Positions 19,051 to 28,752 of a DNA stretch of 64,000 nucleotides are shown here, one piece after another (position 1 is the first letter of the stretch; each line of letters starts with the position of its first letter). The notes beneath the pieces were generated by a model. The model saw only the letters and a program-made list of their open reading frames with translations, made no database searches and was not told where the DNA came from. The stretch spans positions 441 to 64,440 of the forward strand of contig CAMYOG010000017.1 of the NCBI GenBank assembly GCA_947259925.1, written 5' to 3'. Source of the DNA: Thermoanaerobaculia bacterium. GTDB lineage: Bacteria; Acidobacteriota; Thermoanaerobaculia; Multivoradales; JAHEKO01. The position numbers were made by a program, and so were the translations under genes.

Positions 19051-19440
19051 CTATGCTGCGACCGAATGACCGGCCGAGCGGAGCGCTTCGATCGCTCGCT
19101 CGAGCGCGGCCTCGCGCACCAGCAGATAGTCGGTGTCGTAGGTCGAGAGTGCGAACAGGCTCACCCCGGCCTCGGCGAGCGCCCCGGTGAGAGCGGCGAG
19201 AATCCCGACCAGGGAGAAGTCGAGCGGGCCCTCGACTCGCAGGCAGCGCCAATCGCGCTCCGCGATCACCTCGGTCGGAACCCGGTCCGAAGAACAGACG
19301 ATTGACAGCTCCGATCCGGTCCGGGTGACCGAGCTGAGCGCGCCGCCCGACGCCCAATCGGGAGCCGGCTGAGCGGCGTCCAGACGCGCCACCGCGAACG
19401 TGCCCTCGAGGACGACGAGGGACAGCGGGCGCGCGCTCAC
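19051..19440 (-). CDS. ACT-domain protein
   Basis: GPLDFSLVGILA...ALSTYDTDYLLV; GTG start overlaps the upstream stop. Confidence 0.88.
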   Translation of the reverse strand: MSARPLSLVVLEGTFAVARLDAAQPAPDWASGGALSSVTRTGSELSIVCSSDRVPTEVIAERDWRCLRVEGPLDFSLVGILAALTGALAEAGVSLFALSTYDTDYLLVREAALERAIEALRSAGHSVAA

Positions 19441-20096
19441 GAGGCCTCCCGTCGCCGCGCCACCAGGATCTCGGAAGCGATCCCCCAGCGGCTGAGCACC
19501 CGACCGTGCTCGACGACCCAGCGGTCCTCGGCGAGGAGCTCGCGAGCGACGATCGGCTCGCAACCGCCGACCGAGCGGGGGCGCAGGTTGTGCACCGCGT
19601 GCCAGATCCCCATCACCGCCTGCGACACCAGCGAGCAGCCGTGGGTGACGGTGATCAACCCGAGCAGTCCGCCCGGCACGAGCAGCCGGTAGGCCTCGGC
19701 GATCAACGCCGCGCGATCCTCCGGCGCGAGGATCTCGATCACGTAGTTCGAGACGAACCGGTCACAGCAGCCGGCCGCCAGATCGAGCTCGACCGAGCCG
19801 TCGGTCTGGACGATCTCGGCACGCGACCCGAACTCGCCGACCCGCGCGCGCGCCAGGTCGACCATGGTCACGCTCTGGTCGAAGCCGCGATACTCGGCTC
19901 GAGCGTCGAGATGATCCCGCAGCAGTCGCTCGGCGAACCGTCCGGTGCCGCATCCGAACTCGACCACCGAGCGCGCGCTCTCGAACGACCCGTTTTCCAC
20001 CAGGACATCGACCGCCGCGTCCTCATAGAAGGCCTGCCGGTCCTGGCGCGCGCCGAACCGGTCGTAGAAGCGGCGGGCTTCGCCTCGACTCAGCAT
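19437..20096 (-). CDS. Class I SAM-dependent methyltransferase
   Basis: VVEFGCGTGRFA, RLLVPGGLL. Confidence 0.88.
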   Translation of the reverse strand: MLSRGEARRFYDRFGARQDRQAFYEDAAVDVLVENGSFESARSVVEFGCGTGRFAERLLRDHLDARAEYRGFDQSVTMVDLARARVGEFGSRAEIVQTDGSVELDLAAGCCDRFVSNYVIEILAPEDRAALIAEAYRLLVPGGLLGLITVTHGCSLVSQAVMGIWHAVHNLRPRSVGGCEPIVARELLAEDRWVVEHGRVLSRWGIASEILVARRREAS

Positions 20097-20104
20097 GAAG
20101 ACCC

Positions 20105-20824
20105 CTACTTGCGGCCGTGCCGGGCTACCCCACGCTTAGCGGCCTCGATGAAGGCGAGCATCCGCTCCACCTCGGGCACGCCGCCCCACTCGTCCCGCGC
20201 CCGCGCCACGGCTTCGTTCCGAGTAAGCCCGGAACGAAATAGGGTTCGGTAGGTGCGCCGCAGCGCCTGGATGGTGTCGGTCGACAGACCGCGCCGGTCG
20301 AGGCCGACCTCGTTCAGTCCGACCAGCCGCGCCCGATCGCCGTGCGCCATGCAGTAGGGCGGGACGTCCTGAACCACCATCGAGCCACCTGCCACCATCG
20401 CCAGGGTGCCGACGCGGCAGAACTGGTGGACCGCTGCGTGCGCCGAGATCAGCACCCGATCCTCGACCAGGACGTGCCCGCCGAGGGTCGAGGCGTTGGT
20501 GATCACCACGTCGTCGCCGACCGTGCAATCGTGGCCGACGTGCGCCTGGGCCATCAGGTAGCAGCGCTTGCCGACCCGGGTGATGCCGTCTTCCTTCTCG
20601 CTCGCCCGGTGGATCGTGGCGCCCTCACGGACGACGCTGCCCGCCCCGAGCTCGACCCGTGTCGCGCTCCCCTGGTAGGAGAGATCATGTGGCGGCGTGC
20701 CGATCGCCGAGTGGGGGAAGATCTCGCAGTCGTCGCCGACGGTCGTGCGCCCGTCGATGTAGGCGAACGGGTGGACGATGACGTTCCTGCCCAACTTGAC
20801 ATCGGGCCCGATGTACGGCTCCAC
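20105..20824 (-). CDS. lpxA: Acyl-ACP--UDP-N-acetylglucosamine O-acyltransferase (stand-alone LpxA family)
   Basis: Hexapeptide repeats, AHVGHDC, LGGHV, VHQFCRVG, QDVPPY, GLNEVGL. Confidence 0.85.
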   Translation of the reverse strand: MEPYIGPDVKLGRNVIVHPFAYIDGRTTVGDDCEIFPHSAIGTPPHDLSYQGSATRVELGAGSVVREGATIHRASEKEDGITRVGKRCYLMAQAHVGHDCTVGDDVVITNASTLGGHVLVEDRVLISAHAAVHQFCRVGTLAMVAGGSMVVQDVPPYCMAHGDRARLVGLNEVGLDRRGLSTDTIQALRRTYRTLFRSGLTRNEAVARARDEWGGVPEVERMLAFIEAAKRGVARHGRK

Positions 20825-20849
20825 CGGCTGATTCTATGCCCAGCCGGAG

Positions 20850-21209
20850 CTAGCTCTGTTCGCTCATGAGCGCCAGGAAGTTCCCTTCCGAGTCACGGAA
20901 GAAGGCCATCCAGAGCTCGGACGCCTCGGTCTTGTGCACCATGTGGGGCTCGCCCTCGAACCGGGCGCCCCGGCCGCTCAGCGCGCTGTGCGCGGCTTGG
21001 ATGTCCGGCACCTTGAAGTAGAGGATCGACGACGGATGATCGAACTCGGGCTTCTCCGGCAGCGACAGCATCAGCCGGACACCGTCACAGTCGAAGAACG
21101 CCATCTTCGGCGGCGCCTCGAACAGCAGGTTCATGCCCAGCGTGTCTCGATAGAAGGCGACCGCACGCTCGAGGTCGTGCGCGTTGACCGCGATCTGACC
21201 GATGTCGAT
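20850..21209 (-). CDS. VOC/glyoxalase family protein (no ATG; start codon anomalous)
   Basis: IGQIAVNAHDLERAVAFYRDTLG...WMAFFRDSEGNFLALM. Confidence 0.85.
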   Translation of the reverse strand: MDIGQIAVNAHDLERAVAFYRDTLGMNLLFEAPPKMAFFDCDGVRLMLSLPEKPEFDHPSSILYFKVPDIQAAHSALSGRGARFEGEPHMVHKTEASELWMAFFRDSEGNFLALMSEQS

Positions 21210-21213
21210 ATAA

Positions 21214-21245
21214 GTTAGCTTAGCTAACCAAACTTTTGATGTCAA
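21214..21245 (-). promoter_or_regulatory. Sigma-70 promoter TTGACA-N17-TAAGCT for the VOC gene, overlapped by palindrome GTTAGCT-T-AGCTAAC (putative MarR operator)
   Basis: -35 at 21245-21240, -10 at 21222-21217, perfect palindrome at 21214-21228. Confidence 0.75.
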
Positions 21246-21715
21246 CCGCCCGCAATCGTTCCCGTCCGACTGAGCGCGCCATCGAGCTGGCCGATCGGCT
21301 CCACTCGGCCGCGATCCACCTGCTCCGCCGCCTTCGGGTACAGGACTCGGGCTCGGGCCTGAGCGCGCCCCGATTGTCGGCCCTCTCGGTCATCGTCTTC
21401 GGCGGCCCGATCACCATGACCGAGCTGGCGCAGGCGGAGCAGGTACGCCTCCCCACCGTCTCGCGGCTGGTCGGCGCGCTCGAGGCTGACGGACTGGTGC
21501 AGCGGATCCCCGATCCGGGCGACCGCCGGGTGCAGCTACTGAAAGCGACCCGCAAGGGGAAGCGGCTGCTCGAGGAAGGCCGCCGGCGCCGCGTCGAGAT
21601 GCTTTCCAAGGACCTGCGGCAGCTCTCGGCCGCCGACCGCACGCACCTCGAGCGGACCCTCGGCATCCTCGAGCGGATCACCCTCCCCCGCCACCATCCG
21701 CGCCAGGGTGGTTGA
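21239..21715 (+). CDS. MarR-family transcriptional regulator
   Basis: LSAPRLSALSVI...ELAQAEQV..PTVSRLVGALEADGLVQRIPDPGDRR. Confidence 0.93.
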   Translation: MSTARNRSRPTERAIELADRLHSAAIHLLRRLRVQDSGSGLSAPRLSALSVIVFGGPITMTELAQAEQVRLPTVSRLVGALEADGLVQRIPDPGDRRVQLLKATRKGKRLLEEGRRRRVEMLSKDLRQLSAADRTHLERTLGILERITLPRHHPRQGG

Positions 21716-21724
21716 GTCGCGCCG

Positions 21725-22006
21725 CTACATCGCCCGGGCGATCAAGAACTCGGCGTAGTAGGCCGGCCACTCCCGGCCGGGCGAGGTCATCAGGTGCTCC
21801 TGATCGGCCTCGTCCAGCAGCCTGGCGATCGTCGCCTGGTCGAGCTCGGTGCCGAGGATCTCGTTGAGCGCCTCCTGCATCTCGGTCGCGAACCACTGCG
21901 GCCACTCCGGGCTCGAGCCGTCGGTCTCCGCGAAGGCCTCTCGATGGGCGCCGCTCGTTGACTGCAAGAGCTCGACGAGCTTCTCGATCCTCTCGGGTTC
22001 GAACAT
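21725..22006 (-). CDS. Hypothetical protein
   Basis: MFEPERIEKL...DGSSPEWPQWFA...WPAYYAEF; GGAGG RBS, coupled to the upstream stop. Confidence 0.7.
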   Translation of the reverse strand: MFEPERIEKLVELLQSTSGAHREAFAETDGSSPEWPQWFATEMQEALNEILGTELDQATIARLLDEADQEHLMTSPGREWPAYYAEFLIARAM

Positions 22007-22527
22007 CAGGCCTCCTTTCGCTTCAGGTGCGCACTCACGAAGTCCTTGACGCAATCGAGCGTATGACAGACGGGAACTTCGACGGGAAGGTCGGGGATCT
22101 CCGAGCGCAGGGCGACGAACGCGACCACCGGACGGCCGTAGGCGCACGCCAGACGGACCTCGCTCGAGGTTCCGGCGCTCCCCGGAAGAGCGATGATGAC
22201 GTCGGAGCTGAGAACGTTGATGTGGTTGCGCGAGGTCGCCGCCATGCCCTCGGTGCCACTCGTCGGCAGGTGTGTCCGGATCGGGATCTCGACCCACGGG
22301 TTCGGATAGCCGGGCCGTTCGGGCCGGCCCGGGAGGACCCCGATCACCGAGCCGCGCCGCTCCCGCGTCTCCGCGAACGCACGGCTGACGCTCGACATGA
22401 CGCCGTCACCACCACCGGTCAGAAGATGTACGCCCGCGGCCGCCAGCCAGCGTCCCACCTGCGCAGCTCGCTCCTCGTGCGCGTCCGAGCCCGAGCCCAT
22501 TACACCGACGATCGGCAGTGGCCTCAC
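22006..22527 (-). CDS. LOG/SLOG-family protein (molybdenum cofactor carrier-like)
   Basis: VGVMGSG, LLTGGGDGVM, SRNHINVLSSDVIIALPGSAGTSSE. Confidence 0.85.
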   Translation of the reverse strand: MRPLPIVGVMGSGSDAHEERAAQVGRWLAAAGVHLLTGGGDGVMSSVSRAFAETRERRGSVIGVLPGRPERPGYPNPWVEIPIRTHLPTSGTEGMAATSRNHINVLSSDVIIALPGSAGTSSEVRLACAYGRPVVAFVALRSEIPDLPVEVPVCHTLDCVKDFVSAHLKRKEA

Positions 22528-23063
22528 CCGGCTCCCTTCCGGGTGTCGAGCACCGGCAGGTAGACGCGCCACGGCCCGACCTCGGTCCGATACTGCTTCG
22601 CCATCGTGCGGGTGATCTGAGCGATGTGACCGAGGTCGTGAACGACCCAGGTCGACAGAAGCTGTCGCAGGGTCACCCGGCCGAAGTCCGGGTGCATGCC
22701 GGCCCGCTCGAGATCTTCGTCGGCCAGCTCGACGCCGGTGAGCCACTCCAGGTTGGCGGTCCGCAGCTCGGCGAACGTATCGAGTAGCTCGGCGAGTGAC
22801 TTGCCGCGGCTCTCTTCGAACATCGCGAATCGATCGAACGGCTCGAACGCCCGCTCCTCGCCCACCTCGAGGATCATCCGGGCGCGACCGACCCAGTCGG
22901 TCCGCTCGCCGTGGATCAGATGGCCGAGGACGTCGAACGGGCTCCAGGTGTCCGGCCCCTCGTTCGAGGCGATCCAGCCTTCGGGTAGTCCTTCGAGCAG
23001 CCGCCTCAAGGTCGCCGGCGTTCGTGTGAGAACGGCCACGGCGTCATCGAGTCGGTACTCCAT
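22524..23063 (-). CDS. DinB family protein
   Basis: WSPFDVLGHLIHGE...WVVHDLGHIAQI. Confidence 0.9.
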   Translation of the reverse strand: MEYRLDDAVAVLTRTPATLRRLLEGLPEGWIASNEGPDTWSPFDVLGHLIHGERTDWVGRARMILEVGEERAFEPFDRFAMFEESRGKSLAELLDTFAELRTANLEWLTGVELADEDLERAGMHPDFGRVTLRQLLSTWVVHDLGHIAQITRTMAKQYRTEVGPWRVYLPVLDTRKGAG

Positions 23064-23069
23064 CCGCGC

Positions 23070-23597
23070 CTACTCCTCGGGCGGCGGTGGCAGCGATTCC
23101 AGAAGGTCGATGTAGGCCTCGGCTACCAGCGCACCCTCCTCCAGGCCGAGCTCCTGTATCAGCTGCCGAGCAATCGCTTCGCCGTCCGAGGTGGTCTGCC
23201 CCGACCCGAGCTCGACCTCGAGCTCGAGAAACGACCCGAGGCCGTCGACATCGTCGATGTGTACCCGGGTCTGGCCGATCTGATAGAGCTCGCGCTTCTT
23301 CTTGACCGTGCCCCGGACGTCGAGCGCCACCGCGAGCATCGCCTCGGTCATCGGCGCGTCGTCGACCGGCATCTTGAGGTAGGCCGACTCGGTCGGCGCC
23401 TTGGAGTCGCTGCGCTCGTAGTAGATCAGCTCGGCGCCGGCGCCGCCTTTACGGAGCTTGAGCCGCCCGTTCCGGCTATGGAAGAAGGTGTCCTCTTGCT
23501 CGAGGAGGGTCGGGCCGGCGTCGGCGAGGGCGGCGATCCGCTCTCTCAGAGCCTCGGGCTGGTCGAGGAACGCCTTGATCTCGACATTGTGGGCCAT
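23070..23597 (-). CDS. CYTH-domain protein (class IV adenylate cyclase-like)
   Basis: NVEIKA, GRLKLR, VKKKRELY, FLELEV, YIDLL. Confidence 0.9.
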   Translation of the reverse strand: MAHNVEIKAFLDQPEALRERIAALADAGPTLLEQEDTFFHSRNGRLKLRKGGAGAELIYYERSDSKAPTESAYLKMPVDDAPMTEAMLAVALDVRGTVKKKRELYQIGQTRVHIDDVDGLGSFLELEVELGSGQTTSDGEAIARQLIQELGLEEGALVAEAYIDLLESLPPPPEE

Positions 23598-23791
23598 GAA
23601 CTCGTAGGTATTCTGTCACGACGAGCCGGGAAGGACGCCCGCGGTAGGCCGCCTTCCTCTCAGCCGCGCACATCCGATGGAGGGGTTGTCAGGGGAGGGC
23701 CGGTCCAGAGGCCGATCAGCAGAAACCCGGTTCCCCAACGGATACAACTGAGCGAAATCTCGCGCATCGCGACCTCCTCCTCGCGCTGTTC

Positions 23792-24220
23792 CTAGTCGCA
23801 GGAGCCGATATCGAGGGTGACGCCGAAGTGGCCGCGGTCGCGCGGCCCGCGGTCCCAGCCACCCCGGACCCTGCCCCGGCAGAGGATCTTCCTGGCCGAC
23901 TCAAGGCGATCGCCCGCCTCCTCGCGGAAGCTCTGGGCGTGCGACCGCGACAGGTAGCCGACCTTCAGGCCGTCGATCAACACCGCGACGGCGTTGGAGT
24001 CGTACGGATTGTCGTTCTCGGGCTCGAGCTCGGCGGTCACCTGCAGGTTGACGCCGCGCGGCTTTCTCCCGCCCACGACCTCCTCCAGGGCGGCCTGATA
24101 GTTCGACTCACCGACCGCGCCGATCGAGTAGTGCCCGTCGCCGAGCACCCACACGGTGGCCGCCTCGCCGGCTTCACCGCCCCCTTCGAGGCTCCTCAGC
24201 ATCTTGCCGAAGACCGCCAT
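23792..24220 (-). CDS. HIRAN-domain protein
   Basis: VGESNYQ...LEPENDNPYDSNAVAVLIDGLKVGYL. Confidence 0.8.
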   Translation of the reverse strand: MAVFGKMLRSLEGGGEAGEAATVWVLGDGHYSIGAVGESNYQAALEEVVGGRKPRGVNLQVTAELEPENDNPYDSNAVAVLIDGLKVGYLSRSHAQSFREEAGDRLESARKILCRGRVRGGWDRGPRDRGHFGVTLDIGSCD

Positions 24221-24230
24221 CGCGAAACCG

Positions 24231-24833
24231 TCAGACCGCCTCCGACCTGACCATCGCTTCGAGGGTGCGTCGGGGGCAGATGTTGTCGTGGATGTAGTCG
24301 AGCAGGTTCGTGGCCAGCCCGCGAATCCGCTTCTCCACCGCCGGATCGGTGCAGGTGCCGTCGTCGTCGAACACCCTCTGCACCCCGGCGACCGAGACCG
24401 AGCCGGGCAGGACGACGGCGCCGACATGGGAGCAGATCCCCTGCAGCGACTCGAGCGATTTGATCGCGCCGATCTGGCCCGCCGCCACTCCGAGCAGTGC
24501 GACCGGCTTGCCCGCCAGGCCCGACGGAAAGCCCATGTTCTCGATCACCAGCTTGATGACGCTCGAGAAGCCGCCATGATACTCGGGGGTCGAGAGGATG
24601 ACGCCGGTGGCTCCGCGCAGGATGTCGCCCATCCGCTGGGCGTCGCCGGTCGTGTCTTCGTGGCCCGGGAACGGCAGCGTCAGCTCGGCGGGGTCGATGA
24701 CGTCGACCCGCACACCGTCGTGGCGACCGAGCTCGGCGGCCACCAGGTTAGCCGCCATGCCGGTGTAGTTGCCCGGCCGCACGGTGCCAATGACGACCGC
24801 GATCCTGATTCCATCGCTCGACTCTTCAGTCAC
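24231..24833 (-). CDS. NADPH-dependent FMN reductase
   Basis: IGTVRPGN, STPEYHGGFSSVIKL, GKPVALLG. Confidence 0.9.
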   Translation of the reverse strand: MTEESSDGIRIAVVIGTVRPGNYTGMAANLVAAELGRHDGVRVDVIDPAELTLPFPGHEDTTGDAQRMGDILRGATGVILSTPEYHGGFSSVIKLVIENMGFPSGLAGKPVALLGVAAGQIGAIKSLESLQGICSHVGAVVLPGSVSVAGVQRVFDDDGTCTDPAVEKRIRGLATNLLDYIHDNICPRRTLEAMVRSEAV

Positions 24834-25605
24834 GTTCCCTCCCTTCGAAGATCAGGCTGCAGCAGGTGACGCCGCCCTCGGCCTTCTTGAGCTCGGACTG
24901 GTCGACCGTGCACACCTTCAGACCGTGGGCTTCCATCCGCCCGCGCGTGCGCTCGAAGCCGTCCGCGTAGATCACCGTATCGCGGAGCCGGAGCGCGTTG
25001 CCACCGTGAGGCTCCGTCGGGTCGACCGGAATCAGCTCGAAGCCCGCGAACCGTCCCGGGTCGACCCACTCCTGCTGGATCAAGAGCGTCCGCTCGGCGA
25101 CCCGGGTGACGGCCGACTTCAGATGCAGGCAAGAGTCGAACTCGACCGGCAGGACCTCGTAGCCGTAGGGCTCGAGGAGCCCGGATAGCTGCTCGAGCCC
25201 CGACTCGTTGGTGCGCGTCGAGAGCCCGACGAAGAGCCGACGATCGACGACCAGAACGTCGCCGCCGTCAACCACGCCCGGCTCGCGAATCTCCTCCAGC
25301 GACCGAAACGGCTCGAGAGCGGCGCGGACGGCAGGGGTCTCGGCGCGTCGCGACGCGGCCCCCGGACGGGTGAGGATCGCGACCTCGTCCAGGACCACCG
25401 CGATGTCCTCCACGAAGACACAGTCCGGCAGCTCGGTGTCCCCGGACAGCTGCACCACGTCGCACCCGAGCTCGACCAGGCAGTCGACGTACAGCCGGTG
25501 CTGCTCGACCGCGAGCTCGTAGTCGATGCGACCGCGCTCGAGATGGGTCAGCTCGCAGCGCTCGACGCCCGGGCTGACCTCACGGGTAATGGCGACGATC
25601 GACAT
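24826..25605 (-). CDS. Dimethylarginine dimethylaminohydrolase (amidinotransferase fold)
   Basis: PDCVFVED, DGGDV, LHLKS, KAEGGVTCCS. Confidence 0.92.
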   Translation of the reverse strand: MSIVAITREVSPGVERCELTHLERGRIDYELAVEQHRLYVDCLVELGCDVVQLSGDTELPDCVFVEDIAVVLDEVAILTRPGAASRRAETPAVRAALEPFRSLEEIREPGVVDGGDVLVVDRRLFVGLSTRTNESGLEQLSGLLEPYGYEVLPVEFDSCLHLKSAVTRVAERTLLIQQEWVDPGRFAGFELIPVDPTEPHGGNALRLRDTVIYADGFERTRGRMEAHGLKVCTVDQSELKKAEGGVTCCSLIFEGRERD

Positions 25606-25709
25606 CGAAGGAGAGCCATTCTACGCGGCCAACCGAAGCTCTTCGTCGCGCAGAGAAGAGGCGACTGCGATTTCTCAGCCGAGCTCGGGACGGAAGGCCA
25701 CGGAGAAAA

Positions 25710-27053
25710 TCAGCCGTCTTCGAGGGCGACGGCGGCATGCACCTCGCCGCGTTGCCAGGCCTCGTAGAGCGCTTCGAGCCGGCTGGCGATCTCGCGTTGG
25801 CGAGCGCGTAGCGACGGGATCACCTCGCGTCGCGAGAGGACCTTCGACACCTTGGTCCAGAGCCGTCGGGTCTCGCGCCGGCGCTCCCTGATCCAGAGAC
25901 CGACCAGACCGACGATCGGCACGCCCAGTACGACCGCGACACTCGCCCACGCTCCCCAGAGCCAGCCCGCGAGTCCCGCCAGCGCCGCCACCCAGAGGGT
26001 GTAGACGACCACACCGATCAGGAAGCTGTAGGTCGATCGGGTCTCCTGGTCCGGCTTCGCCAGCTTCACCAGCCGGCCGGTAGCCCAGTATGGCAGCCAG
26101 AAGAGCGCGTATCCGGTACCTCCGATGAGCGCCGAGACCGGGTCCAGGGCGTGGTACGAGCGGCCGACCCATCGCCCCTCCCTCCCACCCGCCAGATCGC
26201 GCGGCTCGAGCCCGAGCTCCCGCAGCCGCTCACGATGGTCGAGGATCTCGCCCGCGAGCTCGCTCGTGCCACCCGCTTCACCCTGCCGGCGGAGGGCGCT
26301 CAGCACCGTCGAGATGACGTTGATGCGCGCCAGTTGCTCGGCGGGATCGTCGTAGCTCTCCCGCTCGGCCGCCCAGATGGCCTCGACCCACTCGACCAGC
26401 GGCCGATCCTCCCACCGTTCGAGGTTGACCGTGACGCGGCGCAGCCCCGCGCCGATGCGCCGGGTCAGCTCGCGCACCGCTTCACGATCCTCGTCGCCGC
26501 GGGCTGCCAGGTCGGCCCAATCGACCGGGTCGCCCAGCAGCGCCAGCGCCGCCGATCGGAAGCGCTCCTTGCGCCGGAATAAAAGGCCGATCGGAATGAT
26601 CGGGACGACCTCCCGCTCGCGCACGTAGGTCCCGAGCGCCAGGCGTGCGGCACCGGTCTTGAGCTTGGCCAGGGATGGCTCGCTGTGGCTGATCCCTTCC
26701 GGGAAGATGCCGATCGGGTCGCCCTGACCTAGCGCTTCGAACGCCGCCTCGAAGGCGTCGACGTTGCGGCCGGCCTGGGTGGGATCGTCGATCCTCCGGT
26801 AGACCGGGATCGCGCCCGCACCGCGTACCAGCCAGCCCAGCCGGGCGTCCGAGAAGAGGGTCGACTTGGCGAGGAAGCGCACGTTGCGCTGCGCGGCGGC
26901 GACCACCAGCGCCGGATCGAGCAGCCCGTTGGGGTGATTCGCGACCAGTAGAGCCGGTCCCTCCCCGGGTACCGGGGGGCCCGAGATCTCGAGGCGGTAG
27001 TAGATCCGCGAAGCGCCGGAAGCGATCAGCCGGAGAGCCGGTTGGAGCCACAT
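25710..27053 (-). CDS. Lysophospholipid/glycerol acyltransferase family protein
   Basis: ANHPNGLLDP, FLAKSTLF, IFPEGISH; C-terminal TM helices. Confidence 0.9.
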   Translation of the reverse strand: MWLQPALRLIASGASRIYYRLEISGPPVPGEGPALLVANHPNGLLDPALVVAAAQRNVRFLAKSTLFSDARLGWLVRGAGAIPVYRRIDDPTQAGRNVDAFEAAFEALGQGDPIGIFPEGISHSEPSLAKLKTGAARLALGTYVREREVVPIIPIGLLFRRKERFRSAALALLGDPVDWADLAARGDEDREAVRELTRRIGAGLRRVTVNLERWEDRPLVEWVEAIWAAERESYDDPAEQLARINVISTVLSALRRQGEAGGTSELAGEILDHRERLRELGLEPRDLAGGREGRWVGRSYHALDPVSALIGGTGYALFWLPYWATGRLVKLAKPDQETRSTYSFLIGVVVYTLWVAALAGLAGWLWGAWASVAVVLGVPIVGLVGLWIRERRRETRRLWTKVSKVLSRREVIPSLRARQREIASRLEALYEAWQRGEVHAAVALEDG

Positions 27054-27059
27054 CAGCGG

Positions 27060-28361
27060 CTAGCTTGCCGAGCGGTTCGCCACCTCGATCCCCTCCTTCT
27101 CGTCCACCCAGGAGAGCAGGATCAGGCCGAGAAAGAAGAGCACGAGCACCACCGAGATGCCCACTCGCTGCGAGTCGAACGCCTGAGTCAGGACGCCCAG
27201 CAGCAGCGGCCCGAGGAAGGCGGTCAGCTTGCCGGAGAAGGCGAAGAAGCCGAAGAACTCGTTCTCCTTGTCGTCGGGCACGAAGCGGCCCATGAGCGAC
27301 CGGCTCGCCGCCTGGTTCGGACCGACGAAGATGCCGATGACGATCCCCGACACCCAGAACCAGAAGCGGTTGGGCGCCAGCACCGCCAGGAGCGTAGCGA
27401 CGATCAGCCCGACCAGGGTGATCTGGAGCGTCCTCTTGCCACCGAGCCAGTCGTCCAGAAAGCCGAGACCGAACGCTCCCAGCCCCGAGGTGACGTTGAG
27501 CACGATGCCGAAGATCAGGATCTCCTCGAGCTCGAAGCCGAAGGTGCCGGCGGCGTAGATACCGCCGAACGCGAAGACGGTAACCAGGCCGTCGTTGTAG
27601 ATCAGTCGCGCGATCAGGAAACGGACGATCTGGCGGTACTTACGGATCTCGCGCAGGGTCTCCTTCAACTGGGCGACCGTCTCGCGCACGATCTTGGCGC
27701 TCTTGGCGCCCTCGACCACGTCGTCCTTGACGAACAGGAAGATCGGCACGCTGAAGACCGCGAACCAGGCCGCCACCAGCAGGTTGGTCGCCCGGATGTT
27801 TTGGCCCTGGTCCTTGACAAACCCGAACCACGGCACCTCGGGCTGGACCAGGGTCACCAGCGCCACCACCAGCGCCAGGAGCCCGCCGGCGTAGCCGAGC
27901 GCCCAGCCGTAGCCCGAGATGCGTCCGATCTTTTCGGGTGGCGCGATGTCGGGTAGGAAGGCGTTGTAGAAGACCATGCCCATCTCGAACGCCGTGTTGG
28001 CGACGACGAACCAGAGGAACGCTCTCCAGATCTGACCCTCGCCGATGAAGAAGAGCGCCGTGGTGCCGGCGATGCAGCCGAGAGTGGCGGCGAGCAGGAA
28101 CTCCTTGCGGTAGCCCCCGCGATCGGCCAGCGCGCCGAGGATCGGCGACAGCAGAGCGACCAGGATGGCGGTGATGGTCACCGCCCGCGACCAGAGGGCG
28201 GTCCCCTGGATCTCGTCGCCGACGATCGCCTGGGCGAAGAAGACCGGGTAGATGAACGTCACCACCAGGGTGGTGAACGGCGAGTTGGCGAAATCGAACA
28301 GGGCCCACGCCCAGATACTGCGGCTGTCGTAGGACCGGCGGCCTCCGGACGGGTCGTTCAT
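27060..28361 (-). CDS. MFS transporter (UMF1/ATG22-like)
   Basis: WALFDFANS, YNAFLPDI, GRISGYGWALGY, multiple TM helices. Confidence 0.92.
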   Translation of the reverse strand: MNDPSGGRRSYDSRSIWAWALFDFANSPFTTLVVTFIYPVFFAQAIVGDEIQGTALWSRAVTITAILVALLSPILGALADRGGYRKEFLLAATLGCIAGTTALFFIGEGQIWRAFLWFVVANTAFEMGMVFYNAFLPDIAPPEKIGRISGYGWALGYAGGLLALVVALVTLVQPEVPWFGFVKDQGQNIRATNLLVAAWFAVFSVPIFLFVKDDVVEGAKSAKIVRETVAQLKETLREIRKYRQIVRFLIARLIYNDGLVTVFAFGGIYAAGTFGFELEEILIFGIVLNVTSGLGAFGLGFLDDWLGGKRTLQITLVGLIVATLLAVLAPNRFWFWVSGIVIGIFVGPNQAASRSLMGRFVPDDKENEFFGFFAFSGKLTAFLGPLLLGVLTQAFDSQRVGISVVLVLFFLGLILLSWVDEKEGIEVANRSAS

Positions 28362-28469
28362 CTCGCTCTTTCCTGCAGGTCGAGCCTAGGCTACCGCACG
28401 GGCGTCTCACATATACTCGTGGTCACCCAGAACCTGGCAAGGCTGCCGACCAGCGGAAAGGAGACTCGG

Positions 28470-28739
28470 ATGGCTACCCTCTTTGTGCGACACGATGTCG
28501 TTGACTTCTCTTCGTGGAAGCAGGCGTACGACGACTTCGACGCCGAGCGGCAGACGATGGGCGTGGTCAGCCACGGGGTCTATCAGACCGCCGAGAACCC
28601 GAACAACGTAACCATCTACCACGAGTTCGACTCGATGGACGCCGCCAGGTCCTTCGCGAGCAGCGACCGGCTGCGCGAGGTAATGAGCGAGGCCGGCGTA
28701 CAGGGCGAACCGGCCATCTGGTTCGGCAACAAGGCCTAG
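28470..28739 (+). CDS. Small dimeric alpha/beta-barrel (cyclase/ABM-like) protein
   Basis: LFVRHDVVDFSSWKQAYD...LREVMSEAGVQGEP; AAGGAG RBS. Confidence 0.8.
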   Translation: MATLFVRHDVVDFSSWKQAYDDFDAERQTMGVVSHGVYQTAENPNNVTIYHEFDSMDAARSFASSDRLREVMSEAGVQGEPAIWFGNKA

Positions 28740-28752
28740 GGCCGCTCAGCCG

